64,000 bases of DNA from a virus (taxonomy: Duplodnaviria; Caudoviricetes). Positions within the stretch are counted from its first letter, which is position 1, and each line of letters opens with the position of its first letter. Shown here in pieces: positions 7,915 to 16,412 of this stretch. The DNA is taken from IMG/VR virus record IMGVR_UViG_3300009687_000008, positions 1 to 64,000 of that record; one strand, 5' to 3'. Under the pieces are notes generated by a model. The model was not told the DNA's origin and did no database searches. It was given only the letters and a program-made list of their open reading frames with translations. The position numbers and the translations under genes are program-made.

Positions 7915-7935
7915 TAAATTAGTATCTTTTTAGTT

Positions 7936-8790
7936 ATGGATTTATCAATTTTAATAGCAACAGTACCACCTAGAAAAAAATACCTTAATAGATTATTAAC
8001 AAAGATACAAAAACAAATTGTAGATAACAACTTACAAGATAGGGTTGAGGTTATTATTTATGAAGATGATTTTGAAGCATCTTTAGGTCAAAAAAAGAAT
8101 AAACTATATAAGTCAGCAAAGGGAAAGTATACTGTTTCTATTGATGATGATGACGATATTAGTGATGACTACTGTAAAACCATTTGTGATGTTATTAAAG
8201 AATATGATGTCGACCAAATATGTATTGGTCATCGTTATTTCCATAATAACAGTTCGAGGTGGATACCTATCTACATTTCTAAAAAGTATAAATACTATTC
8301 ATTAGTGTTTAAAAACCTTTTTTACTTATACATCACCAAATACCATTTAGATAAGAATTGTGATTGGGAGTTATGTTTCAAGAAAATTCCAATATTAAGA
8401 GCTAAAGAAAAGGGTTTAAAAATGTTCTTTATTGTTCTTTTTTTACATCTATTTAAAAACAAAGTATCTTCTAATATTAGACACACTTGTCACACAACCC
8501 CGATAAAAAGGGAAATTACACAATCAGTTGATTTCACAAGTAGACCGAGAGAACAAGATATTGAATGGGCAACAGAAATATATAAACAAGGTTTAATAAA
8601 GACCGAACATATTGTGGATAAAGACCTATATTTTTATTATTACGACCATGAAATGTCAATAAATAGAGGTAAGTGGGGTAGATTAGAAAAGAATGAAAAA
8701 AGAAAAAAATTAACAGAAGTTACAAACACAATCAAAGATATTGATTGGGAACTTCAACCCATAGATAAAATCGAAATAAAATGGATTTAA
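7936..8790 (+). CDS. Glycosyltransferase family 2 (GT-A fold)
   Basis: MDLSILIAT start, GQKKNKLYKSAKGKYTVSIDDDD (DxD) motif. Confidence 0.85.
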   Translation: MDLSILIATVPPRKKYLNRLLTKIQKQIVDNNLQDRVEVIIYEDDFEASLGQKKNKLYKSAKGKYTVSIDDDDDISDDYCKTICDVIKEYDVDQICIGHRYFHNNSSRWIPIYISKKYKYYSLVFKNLFYLYITKYHLDKNCDWELCFKKIPILRAKEKGLKMFFIVLFLHLFKNKVSSNIRHTCHTTPIKREITQSVDFTSRPREQDIEWATEIYKQGLIKTEHIVDKDLYFYYYDHEMSINRGKWGRLEKNEKRKKLTEVTNTIKDIDWELQPIDKIEIKWI

Positions 8791-9155
8791 CACTTATAAA
8801 ATTAAAAGACATTAAATTTAGTCCATTCGATAAACCTAAAAATAGTATACCTTACGATAGTAAAAAATATGACTGGGTTAGGTTGAGTAATAGTATTAAA
8901 TTAAACGGTTTCAAACCAGAAAAATATGGTTATATGACTATAAGTAAAAACAATTACTGTTTAAATGGTCACCATAGATATGCCGTATTAAAAGAATTAT
9001 ATGGTGAAAACTATGAGTTGTTCGTTGAGAGAAAGAGATTGAATTATATACCCCAAATCACGTTAGATTTAGGTCGTTTTTTAATTTTAATACCTTTCAT
9101 ACTTATTTCAAAATTATTAGGTTATGATAAGACAAATAGTAAAAATATTTACTGA
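8781..9155 (+). CDS. ParB/sulfiredoxin-like N-terminal domain protein
   Basis: RLSNSIKLNGF...YCLNGHHRYAVLKEL; hydrophobic C-terminal segment. Confidence 0.7.
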   Translation: MDLTLIKLKDIKFSPFDKPKNSIPYDSKKYDWVRLSNSIKLNGFKPEKYGYMTISKNNYCLNGHHRYAVLKELYGENYELFVERKRLNYIPQITLDLGRFLILIPFILISKLLGYDKTNSKNIY

Positions 9156-9708
9156 AGAAGAATCTAAGTTAATTGTTAATGACTTTGAGAAGAACAAAGA
9201 TCATATAAAATTATCTAGGGATCACGGTGTTGAAAGAATTAGTTCTTATGAGATTGATGTTCAACATTTTTCAGAAGACATTAAAGAATTAATCTATTCT
9301 AAAATAGAAAGTAAATTAAAGCCAATAACTAAAGGTAAATTGGGGATGGTTTTTGGTGTTCGTTATTCTTTGGATACCAAAAGTTATATGTCAGCACACC
9401 ATGATTGTAATTCTTACAGTTGTGTTATTAAATTAAATAATGATTATAGTGGTGGTGGGACTTATTTCCCTTTAACAGGAGAAGTTTTATCACCCGAAAA
9501 TGTGGGTGAAGGTTTATTGTTTAAAGCCGATACAATAGATTCGTATCATGAAGCATATCCAATAACAAAAGGTGTTAGATATGTTTTAGTTGTTAGAATG
9601 GAGAAAAAGAATATTTTCCACCTCATATTAAAGGCGTATTTTTTCCATTTTGTAGATAAATGGATTCAAAAAAGAAAAGATAGATATTACAAAAAACCCC
9701 TCATATAG
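9124..9708 (+). CDS. 2OG-Fe(II) dioxygenase, lysyl-hydroxylase (PLOD)-like
   Basis: VRYS...HHDCNSYSCVIKLNNDYSGGGTYF...YHEAYPITKGVRYVLV gives the HxD...H triad and the RY 2OG-binding motif. Confidence 0.85.
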   Translation: MIRQIVKIFTEEESKLIVNDFEKNKDHIKLSRDHGVERISSYEIDVQHFSEDIKELIYSKIESKLKPITKGKLGMVFGVRYSLDTKSYMSAHHDCNSYSCVIKLNNDYSGGGTYFPLTGEVLSPENVGEGLLFKADTIDSYHEAYPITKGVRYVLVVRMEKKNIFHLILKAYFFHFVDKWIQKRKDRYYKKPLI

Positions 9709-9718
9709 AGGGGTTTTT
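9691..9718. terminator. Bidirectional Rho-independent terminator
   Basis: AAAAACCCCTC-ATATA-GAGGGGTTTTT between convergent genes. Confidence 0.85.
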
Positions 9719-9719
9719 A

Positions 9720-10544
9720 TTATTTGTAGATGAACTCAAACAAGTCCTTACTTTTATTTCTCAACTTACGTAGAGCCTTTTCCTTGATTTGACGGATACG
9801 TTCCTTTGTCAAATCGTAGTCCTCACCGATTTCTTCAAGAGTTAATGGAGTCCCATTTAAACCGAAGTAAAGTTCGATGATTTGTCTTTCTCTTGGAGAA
9901 AGAACAGACAATGTGTTCTCTAATTGAGTTTTTAACATGTCTTTAGGTTTTTCAAAAGACTCGTCTGGTCTCTCGAAAGAATCGTCAGCAATGATATCCA
10001 TCATTTCATCACCATCTTCATTAATAGTTTCATTCAATGAAGTACAAGATGGTTGGATAAGTAATGTCAAATCCATATCAACATCAGTAGGTTTTCTACC
10101 ATGTTCTTGTTCGAAAGCTGAAATCTCTCTCTTTAACTTAGCAATGTTGTTTGTAACATTAACTGGAAGACGTACAGTTCTAGCGTTATCATTCAAAGAT
10201 TGGATGATAGATTGTTTAACCCACCAAACAGCGTAAGAGATAAATCTGAAACCACGCTCAGGGTCAAACTTTTGTGCAGCTTTAATCAAACCGAAGTTAC
10301 CTTCGTTAATTAAATCAGCCAACGGTAAACCTTGATTCTGATATTCCTTTGCGATAGAAATAACGAATCTTAGGTTAGCAGTAACTAACTTTTCGGTAGC
10401 GGCCTTGTCACCCTCACGAACTTTCTTTGCTAATTCAACTTCTTGTTCAGGAGTTAACATATCAATTTTTCTGACATCTTTAAAATATCTTGAAATGCTT
10501 TCTTCTGATGTATCGATGAATCTTTTAATGTTTACTGTACTCAT
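9720..10544 (-). CDS. rpoD: Sigma-70 family RNA polymerase sigma factor, Bacteroidota primary-sigma-like
   Basis: ANLRFVISIAKEYQNQGLPLADLINEGNFGLIKAAQKFDPERGFRFISYAVWW (region 2); TLEEIG...LTKERIRQIKEKALRKLR (region 4); no region 1.1 or NCR. Confidence 0.92.
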   Translation of the reverse strand: MSTVNIKRFIDTSEESISRYFKDVRKIDMLTPEQEVELAKKVREGDKAATEKLVTANLRFVISIAKEYQNQGLPLADLINEGNFGLIKAAQKFDPERGFRFISYAVWWVKQSIIQSLNDNARTVRLPVNVTNNIAKLKREISAFEQEHGRKPTDVDMDLTLLIQPSCTSLNETINEDGDEMMDIIADDSFERPDESFEKPKDMLKTQLENTLSVLSPRERQIIELYFGLNGTPLTLEEIGEDYDLTKERIRQIKEKALRKLRNKSKDLFEFIYK

Positions 10545-10552
10545 ATATAACT

Positions 10553-10933
10553 TTATTTGTTTTTATTTCCGAAAATTAAACTACTATTTTTTGTAACCTT
10601 TGTTTTTGATACTTCCTGAACCTTACTTATACGTTCTTTCTTTGGTTTAGGTTTCTCATTTTTAATCTTTTCTTCTATTTCTCTCTTTTTAATTAAATAG
10701 AAGTCACCATTCATTTTGTAAGGTAAATCTCTAACATTTGCCCAAAGAGATAAAATATAGTTATTTTTATTGGGTCTATCAACGCCCCCCTCTAATTTAT
10801 TTATCTGTTCGACAAGTTGGTTAGCCATCTCCTTAATGGCTGGTGTTATTAGAGCCTCAGGTACTTCAGTTTCGTACCATTCAACCCTCTTACCTTTCCT
10901 TAAAATCTTTTCATATTCACTATAACTTAACAT
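10553..10933 (-). CDS. Hypothetical protein
   Basis: 126-aa ORF coupled to the upstream gene. Confidence 0.65.
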   Translation of the reverse strand: MLSYSEYEKILRKGKRVEWYETEVPEALITPAIKEMANQLVEQINKLEGGVDRPNKNNYILSLWANVRDLPYKMNGDFYLIKKREIEEKIKNEKPKPKKERISKVQEVSKTKVTKNSSLIFGNKNK

Positions 10934-11565
10934 TAATAACTATAATTCTTTGTCGGTTTACGGAACTTCATTTGTGAGTCCGTATTATTCTTTTCAGACA
11001 ACCCATTTTTTAATTTGGCTGACTTTTTTTTAAGTACCCACCCTTCATACATATCTGTTTGGGTGATTTTATCCCATAATGATTCAAAATTTTGGGTAAA
11101 AGTGTTAACAATGTAAACGTTATCATTAATTTTATTTATAAAATCATCGTACTTAGTAGACGGAAATAACTCATTCAAAAGTTGTATACGTTGATTGAAT
11201 GTCATTCCTATAGTTTGAACTCCGTCATATACCAACACATCAAAGATAACTAATTTATGGTTAAAAACCTCACCTTTTGAATTATTTTTTGATTTATTCA
11301 TGTATTCACCATTAAGCACAAACCATCCTTTCCCCTTATGTAAGGAAAGGAATTCAGATTCTTTCATTTTAACGTTTGTGATTGGTGAATTATGGCGGTT
11401 ATAAAGATGAACCTCTTCACCATTTGTGAAAATTACAATGTTGGATCCATTAAGTTTTGGTTGTCCTACCCATTCACCATTATCATACTTACTCAACTCA
11501 GAAGAAGGTAAGTTAATCTCAGGTCTTGGGGGAAATATGTACCGATACTTGTTATAAGGAATCAT
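10933..11565 (-). CDS. ATP-dependent ligase-family nucleotidyltransferase, adenylation domain only
   Basis: Motifs I QPKLNG, III LNGEY, IIIa IFDVL, IV EGWVLK and V MKFRK; no OB domain. Confidence 0.75.
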   Translation of the reverse strand: MIPYNKYRYIFPPRPEINLPSSELSKYDNGEWVGQPKLNGSNIVIFTNGEEVHLYNRHNSPITNVKMKESEFLSLHKGKGWFVLNGEYMNKSKNNSKGEVFNHKLVIFDVLVYDGVQTIGMTFNQRIQLLNELFPSTKYDDFINKINDNVYIVNTFTQNFESLWDKITQTDMYEGWVLKKKSAKLKNGLSEKNNTDSQMKFRKPTKNYSY

Positions 11566-11570
11566 CGGTA

Positions 11571-11578
11571 CAAAGATA
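11571..11578 (-). promoter_or_regulatory. Bacteroidota-type -7 element TATCTTTG
   Basis: Exact TAnnTTTG only 5 nt before ATG 11565, implying a leaderless or near-leaderless mRNA. Confidence 0.5.
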
Positions 11579-11586
11579 GTAATTAT

Positions 11587-12099
11587 TTATTTCTCGGCAT
11601 GGAATTTTGAGAATTTTTCTCTCTTTTTGAAGAATTCTTCTTTCTTCAACATTTGTTCCTCACTATATCTAGCCTCTTCAGGTACCAAATAGTTCCATTG
11701 TTCTAAAGGTTTTAAAGACCTTAAAGATTTCATTAAGTCTTCAGAATAGGGTTTAATAATACCGTTAACACCCCAAATTTTACCTGTTCTAATGTTTCTA
11801 ACTCTAGGTACCGCAGTTTCCCATTGACCTTTATTATCCCAAAATTCTACTATCTTACCAACCCAAAGTGGATGTGGTTCATTAGAACGACAAATTACTT
11901 TATCACCTATTTTATATAAATGACCACCAATTTCGTATTCAGTCTTAGTTTTGTGTTTCTTTTTTGGTGTTTGTGTTTTCTTTTTGTCTAACACTATTTT
12001 AGCGAAAGACTCTCTATCTTTATCCGTTATCCTCGGATCTGGTTTCTTCTCAGCCCTTTTAAATGGGTTGATACTTTGTAAAAATGTTTTAAAACTCAT
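11587..12099 (-). CDS. Hypothetical protein
   Basis: 170-aa ORF with an SH3/KOW-like stretch YKIGDKVICR. Confidence 0.65.
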   Translation of the reverse strand: MSFKTFLQSINPFKRAEKKPDPRITDKDRESFAKIVLDKKKTQTPKKKHKTKTEYEIGGHLYKIGDKVICRSNEPHPLWVGKIVEFWDNKGQWETAVPRVRNIRTGKIWGVNGIIKPYSEDLMKSLRSLKPLEQWNYLVPEEARYSEEQMLKKEEFFKKREKFSKFHAEK

Positions 12100-12263
12100 T
12101 TTTTTCTAATTAATTCATATATTATGTGAAGTGGCCATAATGTTACTATCATTAATGAACCAATCACGTTTTCTGATTGAATCTTCCTCTTATTTGAGAA
12201 GTAGTTCAACCAAATAATCCCTAAAAGGACATATAACGTCCATATTCCAAATAATTTTATCAT
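12096..12263 (-). CDS. Small two-helix membrane protein (55 aa), absent from the ORF track
   Basis: MIKLFGIWTLYVLLGIIWLNYFSNKRKIQSENVIGSLMIVTLWPLHIIYELIRKK; 4-nt overlaps with both neighbours. Confidence 0.75.
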   Translation of the reverse strand: MIKLFGIWTLYVLLGIIWLNYFSNKRKIQSENVIGSLMIVTLWPLHIIYELIRKK

Positions 12264-12739
12264 ATATCTTTAATAATTTTATCTAAAATATCCTTATTAT
12301 AAAGGTTATAAACGGGTATCTTTAAATCTTCAGCCATTCTTAAGGCTTGTCCCGTACCTCCTGTGGCTTTACCATCTTTAGTCCAACAAACAATAAAATC
12401 TGTGGGTGATTTCAAATCTAAACCTAACACTTGGTGACAGTTTCTAGCCATTAATTTTTTGGCTCCATAAGATAATCTACCCCAATTAGGGTGATATTTT
12501 TGAGCCATTTCAAAAGCTTCGGGTGTTGGATTGAAAAGTAGAGAAGTATTACCATTAAAACCCCTCCAAGGGAGATAAATTTCCTTCTTTTCAGCATGTT
12601 CTTCAAAGAAAGAGTCTGCTCCTGGTGCTCCACCTGACCTTAAAGTATAACCCTTTTTGTTTAAGTGTTCTACTATAGTTTTAATGTCATTCTTTAATTC
12701 AGTAGGTGTTTCTCTAGAACCAATGCCGGTATAAATCAT
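12260..12739 (-). CDS. SLOG-superfamily (DprA/Smf-like Rossmann) protein
   Basis: YTGIGSRETP, LRSGGAPGAD, ARNCHQV, GGTGQALRMA. Confidence 0.8.
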   Translation of the reverse strand: MIYTGIGSRETPTELKNDIKTIVEHLNKKGYTLRSGGAPGADSFFEEHAEKKEIYLPWRGFNGNTSLLFNPTPEAFEMAQKYHPNWGRLSYGAKKLMARNCHQVLGLDLKSPTDFIVCWTKDGKATGGTGQALRMAEDLKIPVYNLYNKDILDKIIKDI

Positions 12740-13233
12740 TAACCTTTATTAAGAATTTCTATTTCTTTCTCTGTTAAACACTTCCTATCGTAATTGTTAC
12801 GAGAAAGTTTATCTAAAATGTCGTTAACAGAATCATATTCTTCAACAATTGGTTCGGGTTTTCTTTTATTAACCCTTGTGAAGGTATTACCATTTGTTTC
12901 GTCGTAAATGGTGTTAGGATCGTTAATCATTTGTTTTTGAATATCCATCATAGAATCCAACTCTTTTTTAACCTCAGGGAAAATACCTGTGTAGTATTTT
13001 GAAGGTAAGTTTACACCGTAAGATTCAGAATTTGTGATGTCAAAAACCATCATAGCTGGTCTATGAACCAATTTTTCATGTATTTCGGATGTTGAATAAG
13101 GGCTATAGAAAGTACAAATAAACATACCCTTACCGTCAACAAAATTAACACCACTCTCACTGTCTGCAATGTGATTTAAGTCTTGGTCTATACCCATTGC
13201 TGTTCCAAGTATCACTAAAAGAAATCTGTTCAT
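12739..13233 (-). CDS. Hypothetical protein
   Basis: 164-aa ORF; C-terminal DILDKL...LTEKE helix pair. Confidence 0.7.
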   Translation of the reverse strand: MNRFLLVILGTAMGIDQDLNHIADSESGVNFVDGKGMFICTFYSPYSTSEIHEKLVHRPAMMVFDITNSESYGVNLPSKYYTGIFPEVKKELDSMMDIQKQMINDPNTIYDETNGNTFTRVNKRKPEPIVEEYDSVNDILDKLSRNNYDRKCLTEKEIEILNKG

Positions 13234-13244
13234 AGTTTTTATTT

Positions 13245-13266
13245 ATAAATATCTACAACAAATATA
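13245..13266 (-). promoter_or_regulatory. Tandem promoter motifs TATATTTG (13259-13266) and GATATTTAT (13245-13253)
   Basis: Both recurrent motifs lie upstream of ATG 13233. Confidence 0.55.
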
Positions 13267-13270
13267 ATCA

Positions 13271-15646
13271 TTATCTTGAAAGAGTCAAAGAAGAAATGTT
13301 ATTAACCTTTTCAATTGTTACTACATTAGTAGACCAATCCTTAACAAGTGGATTATGTGTGATTAAAAAGATATTATCAAACATTTCAGAACACTTTTGG
13401 AAGAAATTACCTACTAGTTCTAAATTCTCATTTGCTACTTTACCTAAAACTTCATCAAAAACGATAATATTTGGTTTAGGTAAGGAACTTATTCTAGATA
13501 AAACAACTCTTAAAGCTAAAGAACCTAAAGTTTTCTCCAAACCACTACCCTCAGTTAACAAATAGTTAATTTTCTGTCCATTTTCATCTTCTTTCTCCAA
13601 CAAGAAATCAACTTCTTGTTTAGAATTAATATCGACTGTTAATCTAAAATTAGCCGAATCAAATAAAAGTCTATCCAATTCTGAATTAAGTAAAGGCATT
13701 ACATTTTTCATGATTAATTTAGTAATACCATTCTTACCAACCATTCTTGTGTATATTTCAAAAATAATCTTAACTTCTTCCTCTATCTTAATTGTTTTAA
13801 TTAATTCCTTATTCTTGTTAATTGTGTCTTCAGACCTTTCGATATCGAATTTATTACGTTGGATTCTAGCATTTAGTTCGTCTTTCTCCCTATTAAGTCT
13901 ATCTAACTTAGCGTTATAACCTAATATCTTGGAATCTAAATCTTTATTCTTCTCAATATTACCAACATTATCTTCATACTTCTTCTTAAGGTCTTTTTTC
14001 TCCTTAAGTTGTAGTCTCATATTTTCTATTTCAAGTTCAATCTTGTCAATCATGATAGATTTTCTATCATATTCATCAACCTTTTCTTTGATTTTATCTA
14101 ATTTTTCAATTTCAGATTTGGCTTCCTCAATTTCAACGTCTAATTCTTTAAGAATTTTATCCCATTCCTCCAAAGCTGTCTTATTTTTAGCAATTTCATC
14201 AGAATGATCAACATCTTTTAATGGTTGTTTACATAAAGAACAAAACTCACCTTCCTCTAAATTTTTAATTAACGACTCAACAGCCTCTTTTTTGATACTT
14301 CTATGACTTCTAGCAATGTTTAAATCACTTAATTGTTGTTTCCACTCCTTATGTGTTTGAACATCGTATTCAATCTCAGTTAATTTATCAAATTCCTCTT
14401 TAAGGATATCGTATTTTTCCTTAGATTTCTTACCTTTTTCAGTTATAGCCTCAATTTCTCTATCAATATCTTCAGGTCTTAATCTAATAACTTCAGTATC
14501 AATTATAATTTTTTGAGACAAAAATGTTTCTTTAATACTGTTTGCCTCATTTATCTCAACTTTTAAGTCTTCTAACTTACCTTCACAGAAAGAAATATCA
14601 GAATTTAAATCATTAATCTTAACAACTAAAGTTTCAATTTCTTTGGTTAAATCGCCAGAGTTATATTGGTCTGATTTAAGGTTTTTAGCCCAAGCTGATT
14701 TAATTTCCTTAACAATCTCTTCTTTTTGTTCAATAACCTCTAACCCAATAAACTTGGAAAGTAGTCTTCCTTTTTGTGTTGGTAGTGTGTGGATTAATTC
14801 TTCTAAATTATCGGATGTGGCAATAATAGTTAATAAGAAATCATCAACATCACCGATAGATTTCTTAATAAAATCATCAGTTTCTCTACGTTGTTCACCC
14901 TCAAGATTTTGGATCGAACCGTCAGCCATTACCTTTTGGAAGTTCAAATCTGTTTTAACGTTATAACCTTCTTCACTTTTCTTTTTAGTTCTAGTTAAAA
15001 TTCTTTCAATGATATAATCACCGCCATCAATGTTAATTTTACCTTTAACTCTAACAGTGTTTACATCCCTAAATTTGTTAAATACTTGTGCAGCAACCTT
15101 TGTTCTTGTTGTTTCATTAAAGAATAAGAACAGTAATAAATCAACCGATAAAGCAGTCTTACCACCTTGATTGGCTGGGTTGGAAGAAATAGTTGTAATA
15201 CCTCTTAAACCATCAAAAGAAAGTTTATTTCCATCACCGTAGGATAAGAAGTTATCCCATTCAAGTTCTTTAATATACCAATTACGATAACGATATTCGA
15301 TATCACGAACTTGTTTTAACTTATCATTAACTTTATCATCAAGACGAAGTAACCTATCCCAATCTACCTCAATTTTATTACCATCTAACCATTCTTTGAA
15401 CAATCTACGTTGGTAATTTGTGTCCATTACATTGTCAGCAATAGACATTTCAACCTGTCCATGTTCTGTATCGACCTTTTTAGGTTTAAAAATTACTTGG
15501 ACTTTTTCTACAGAGTATTTCTGTGCAATATACTGTTCAATTCTTTTAACCCTATCTTTAGTATAGTTTTCAGGTGCATCTTCCCATACAACACGAACAT
15601 GTGCTTTAGGTGGTATTATTACTTTTTGTTTTTCTTTAGTTGCCAT
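13271..15646 (-). CDS. sbcC: SbcC/Rad50/gp46-like SMC ATPase with an extra ~120-aa N-terminal domain
   Basis: WDNFLSYG, Walker A NQGGKT, Zn hook CSLC, coiled coils, signature GSGLE, Walker B IIVFDE, H-loop LITHN. Confidence 0.92.
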   Translation of the reverse strand: MATKEKQKVIIPPKAHVRVVWEDAPENYTKDRVKRIEQYIAQKYSVEKVQVIFKPKKVDTEHGQVEMSIADNVMDTNYQRRLFKEWLDGNKIEVDWDRLLRLDDKVNDKLKQVRDIEYRYRNWYIKELEWDNFLSYGDGNKLSFDGLRGITTISSNPANQGGKTALSVDLLLFLFFNETTRTKVAAQVFNKFRDVNTVRVKGKINIDGGDYIIERILTRTKKKSEEGYNVKTDLNFQKVMADGSIQNLEGEQRRETDDFIKKSIGDVDDFLLTIIATSDNLEELIHTLPTQKGRLLSKFIGLEVIEQKEEIVKEIKSAWAKNLKSDQYNSGDLTKEIETLVVKINDLNSDISFCEGKLEDLKVEINEANSIKETFLSQKIIIDTEVIRLRPEDIDREIEAITEKGKKSKEKYDILKEEFDKLTEIEYDVQTHKEWKQQLSDLNIARSHRSIKKEAVESLIKNLEEGEFCSLCKQPLKDVDHSDEIAKNKTALEEWDKILKELDVEIEEAKSEIEKLDKIKEKVDEYDRKSIMIDKIELEIENMRLQLKEKKDLKKKYEDNVGNIEKNKDLDSKILGYNAKLDRLNREKDELNARIQRNKFDIERSEDTINKNKELIKTIKIEEEVKIIFEIYTRMVGKNGITKLIMKNVMPLLNSELDRLLFDSANFRLTVDINSKQEVDFLLEKEDENGQKINYLLTEGSGLEKTLGSLALRVVLSRISSLPKPNIIVFDEVLGKVANENLELVGNFFQKCSEMFDNIFLITHNPLVKDWSTNVVTIEKVNNISSLTLSR

Positions 15647-16164
15647 TACTCTCCGTATAAATCTTTATCTTTCTTTTCTTGTGGAACCCATTTAATCACA
15701 TCCTTAGGTTTATCACCAAAGGGGTTTGATGTGTCTATTCTAGGTTTATTACGATTCTTTTCAATCTCTAATAAATCCTCTAATCTTTGTATTTTTTGGT
15801 ACAACTTACCAAGTTCACTTCCTGAAGTTTTTTCTTTCTCTAATTTAAGTTCTTTCTCTAGTGTTTCTAGTTTTACTAATAATTCTTTAACTTGTGAATC
15901 GTCAGTAATAACTTTCTCAACAATCTTTTCAACAGGAACTTCTACTACTTTCTCAACAATCTTTTCAACAGGAACTTCTACTACTTTCTCAACAATCTTT
16001 TCAATTTCTTTTTCAATAACTTGAGGCATGATTGGTGATGTACCATATTTTTCAACATTAAAACCTTGTTTAACCATATTAAGTATAAATTGGTCTACAT
16101 TGGTTATACTGTTCAATCTACAATAATCCCATATTTCGTTTTGTATATCCTTTGGTAATTCCAT
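15646..16164 (-). CDS. Hypothetical protein with VEVPVEKIVEKV tandem repeats
   Basis: 172-aa ORF with an in-frame 36-bp repeat. Confidence 0.75.
   Translation of the reverse strand: MELPKDIQNEIWDYCRLNSITNVDQFILNMVKQGFNVEKYGTSPIMPQVIEKEIEKIVEKVVEVPVEKIVEKVVEVPVEKIVEKVITDDSQVKELLVKLETLEKELKLEKEKTSGSELGKLYQKIQRLEDLLEIEKNRNKPRIDTSNPFGDKPKDVIKWVPQEKKDKDLYGE
15911..16004. repeat. 36-bp in-frame tandem repeat, ~2.6 copies
   Basis: actttctcaacaatcttttcaacaggaacttctact at 15911-15946 and 15947-15982, plus a 22-nt partial copy. Confidence 0.95.
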
Positions 16165-16385
16165 TAAACTAACCTTTCTGACTCTGTTTCAATATCCTCA
16201 ATTGATTTTATTTTAAAAGTGTAAAAGCCGTAGTCACTTTCAATCTTTTTCAATTCATGTTTTCTTGTTGGAATATCCCAAATAACATAACCATGATTGT
16301 AAGGGTCTTCACCGAAGTCTTGTTGAATCATTGATGAAGGCATTACAATTGGTGTTTTACGACAAATTTTAATTTTTTTACTCAT
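16164..16385 (-). CDS. sbcD: Downstream fragment of the split SbcD/Mre11 nuclease
   Basis: PIVMPSSMIQQDFGE...HGYVIWD...DYGFYTF matches the Y(P/S)GS..QQ.FGE...G...WD strands that normally follow the GxxH motif. Confidence 0.8.
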   Translation of the reverse strand: MSKKIKICRKTPIVMPSSMIQQDFGEDPYNHGYVIWDIPTRKHELKKIESDYGFYTFKIKSIEDIETESERLV

Positions 16386-16412
16386 TTTATATTTTATTTA
16401 ATAATAACATAA

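Noticed and set aside
15911-16004. 36-bp repeat as a CRISPR array
   Set aside because: Copies are directly adjacent with no spacers and lie in frame within a CDS
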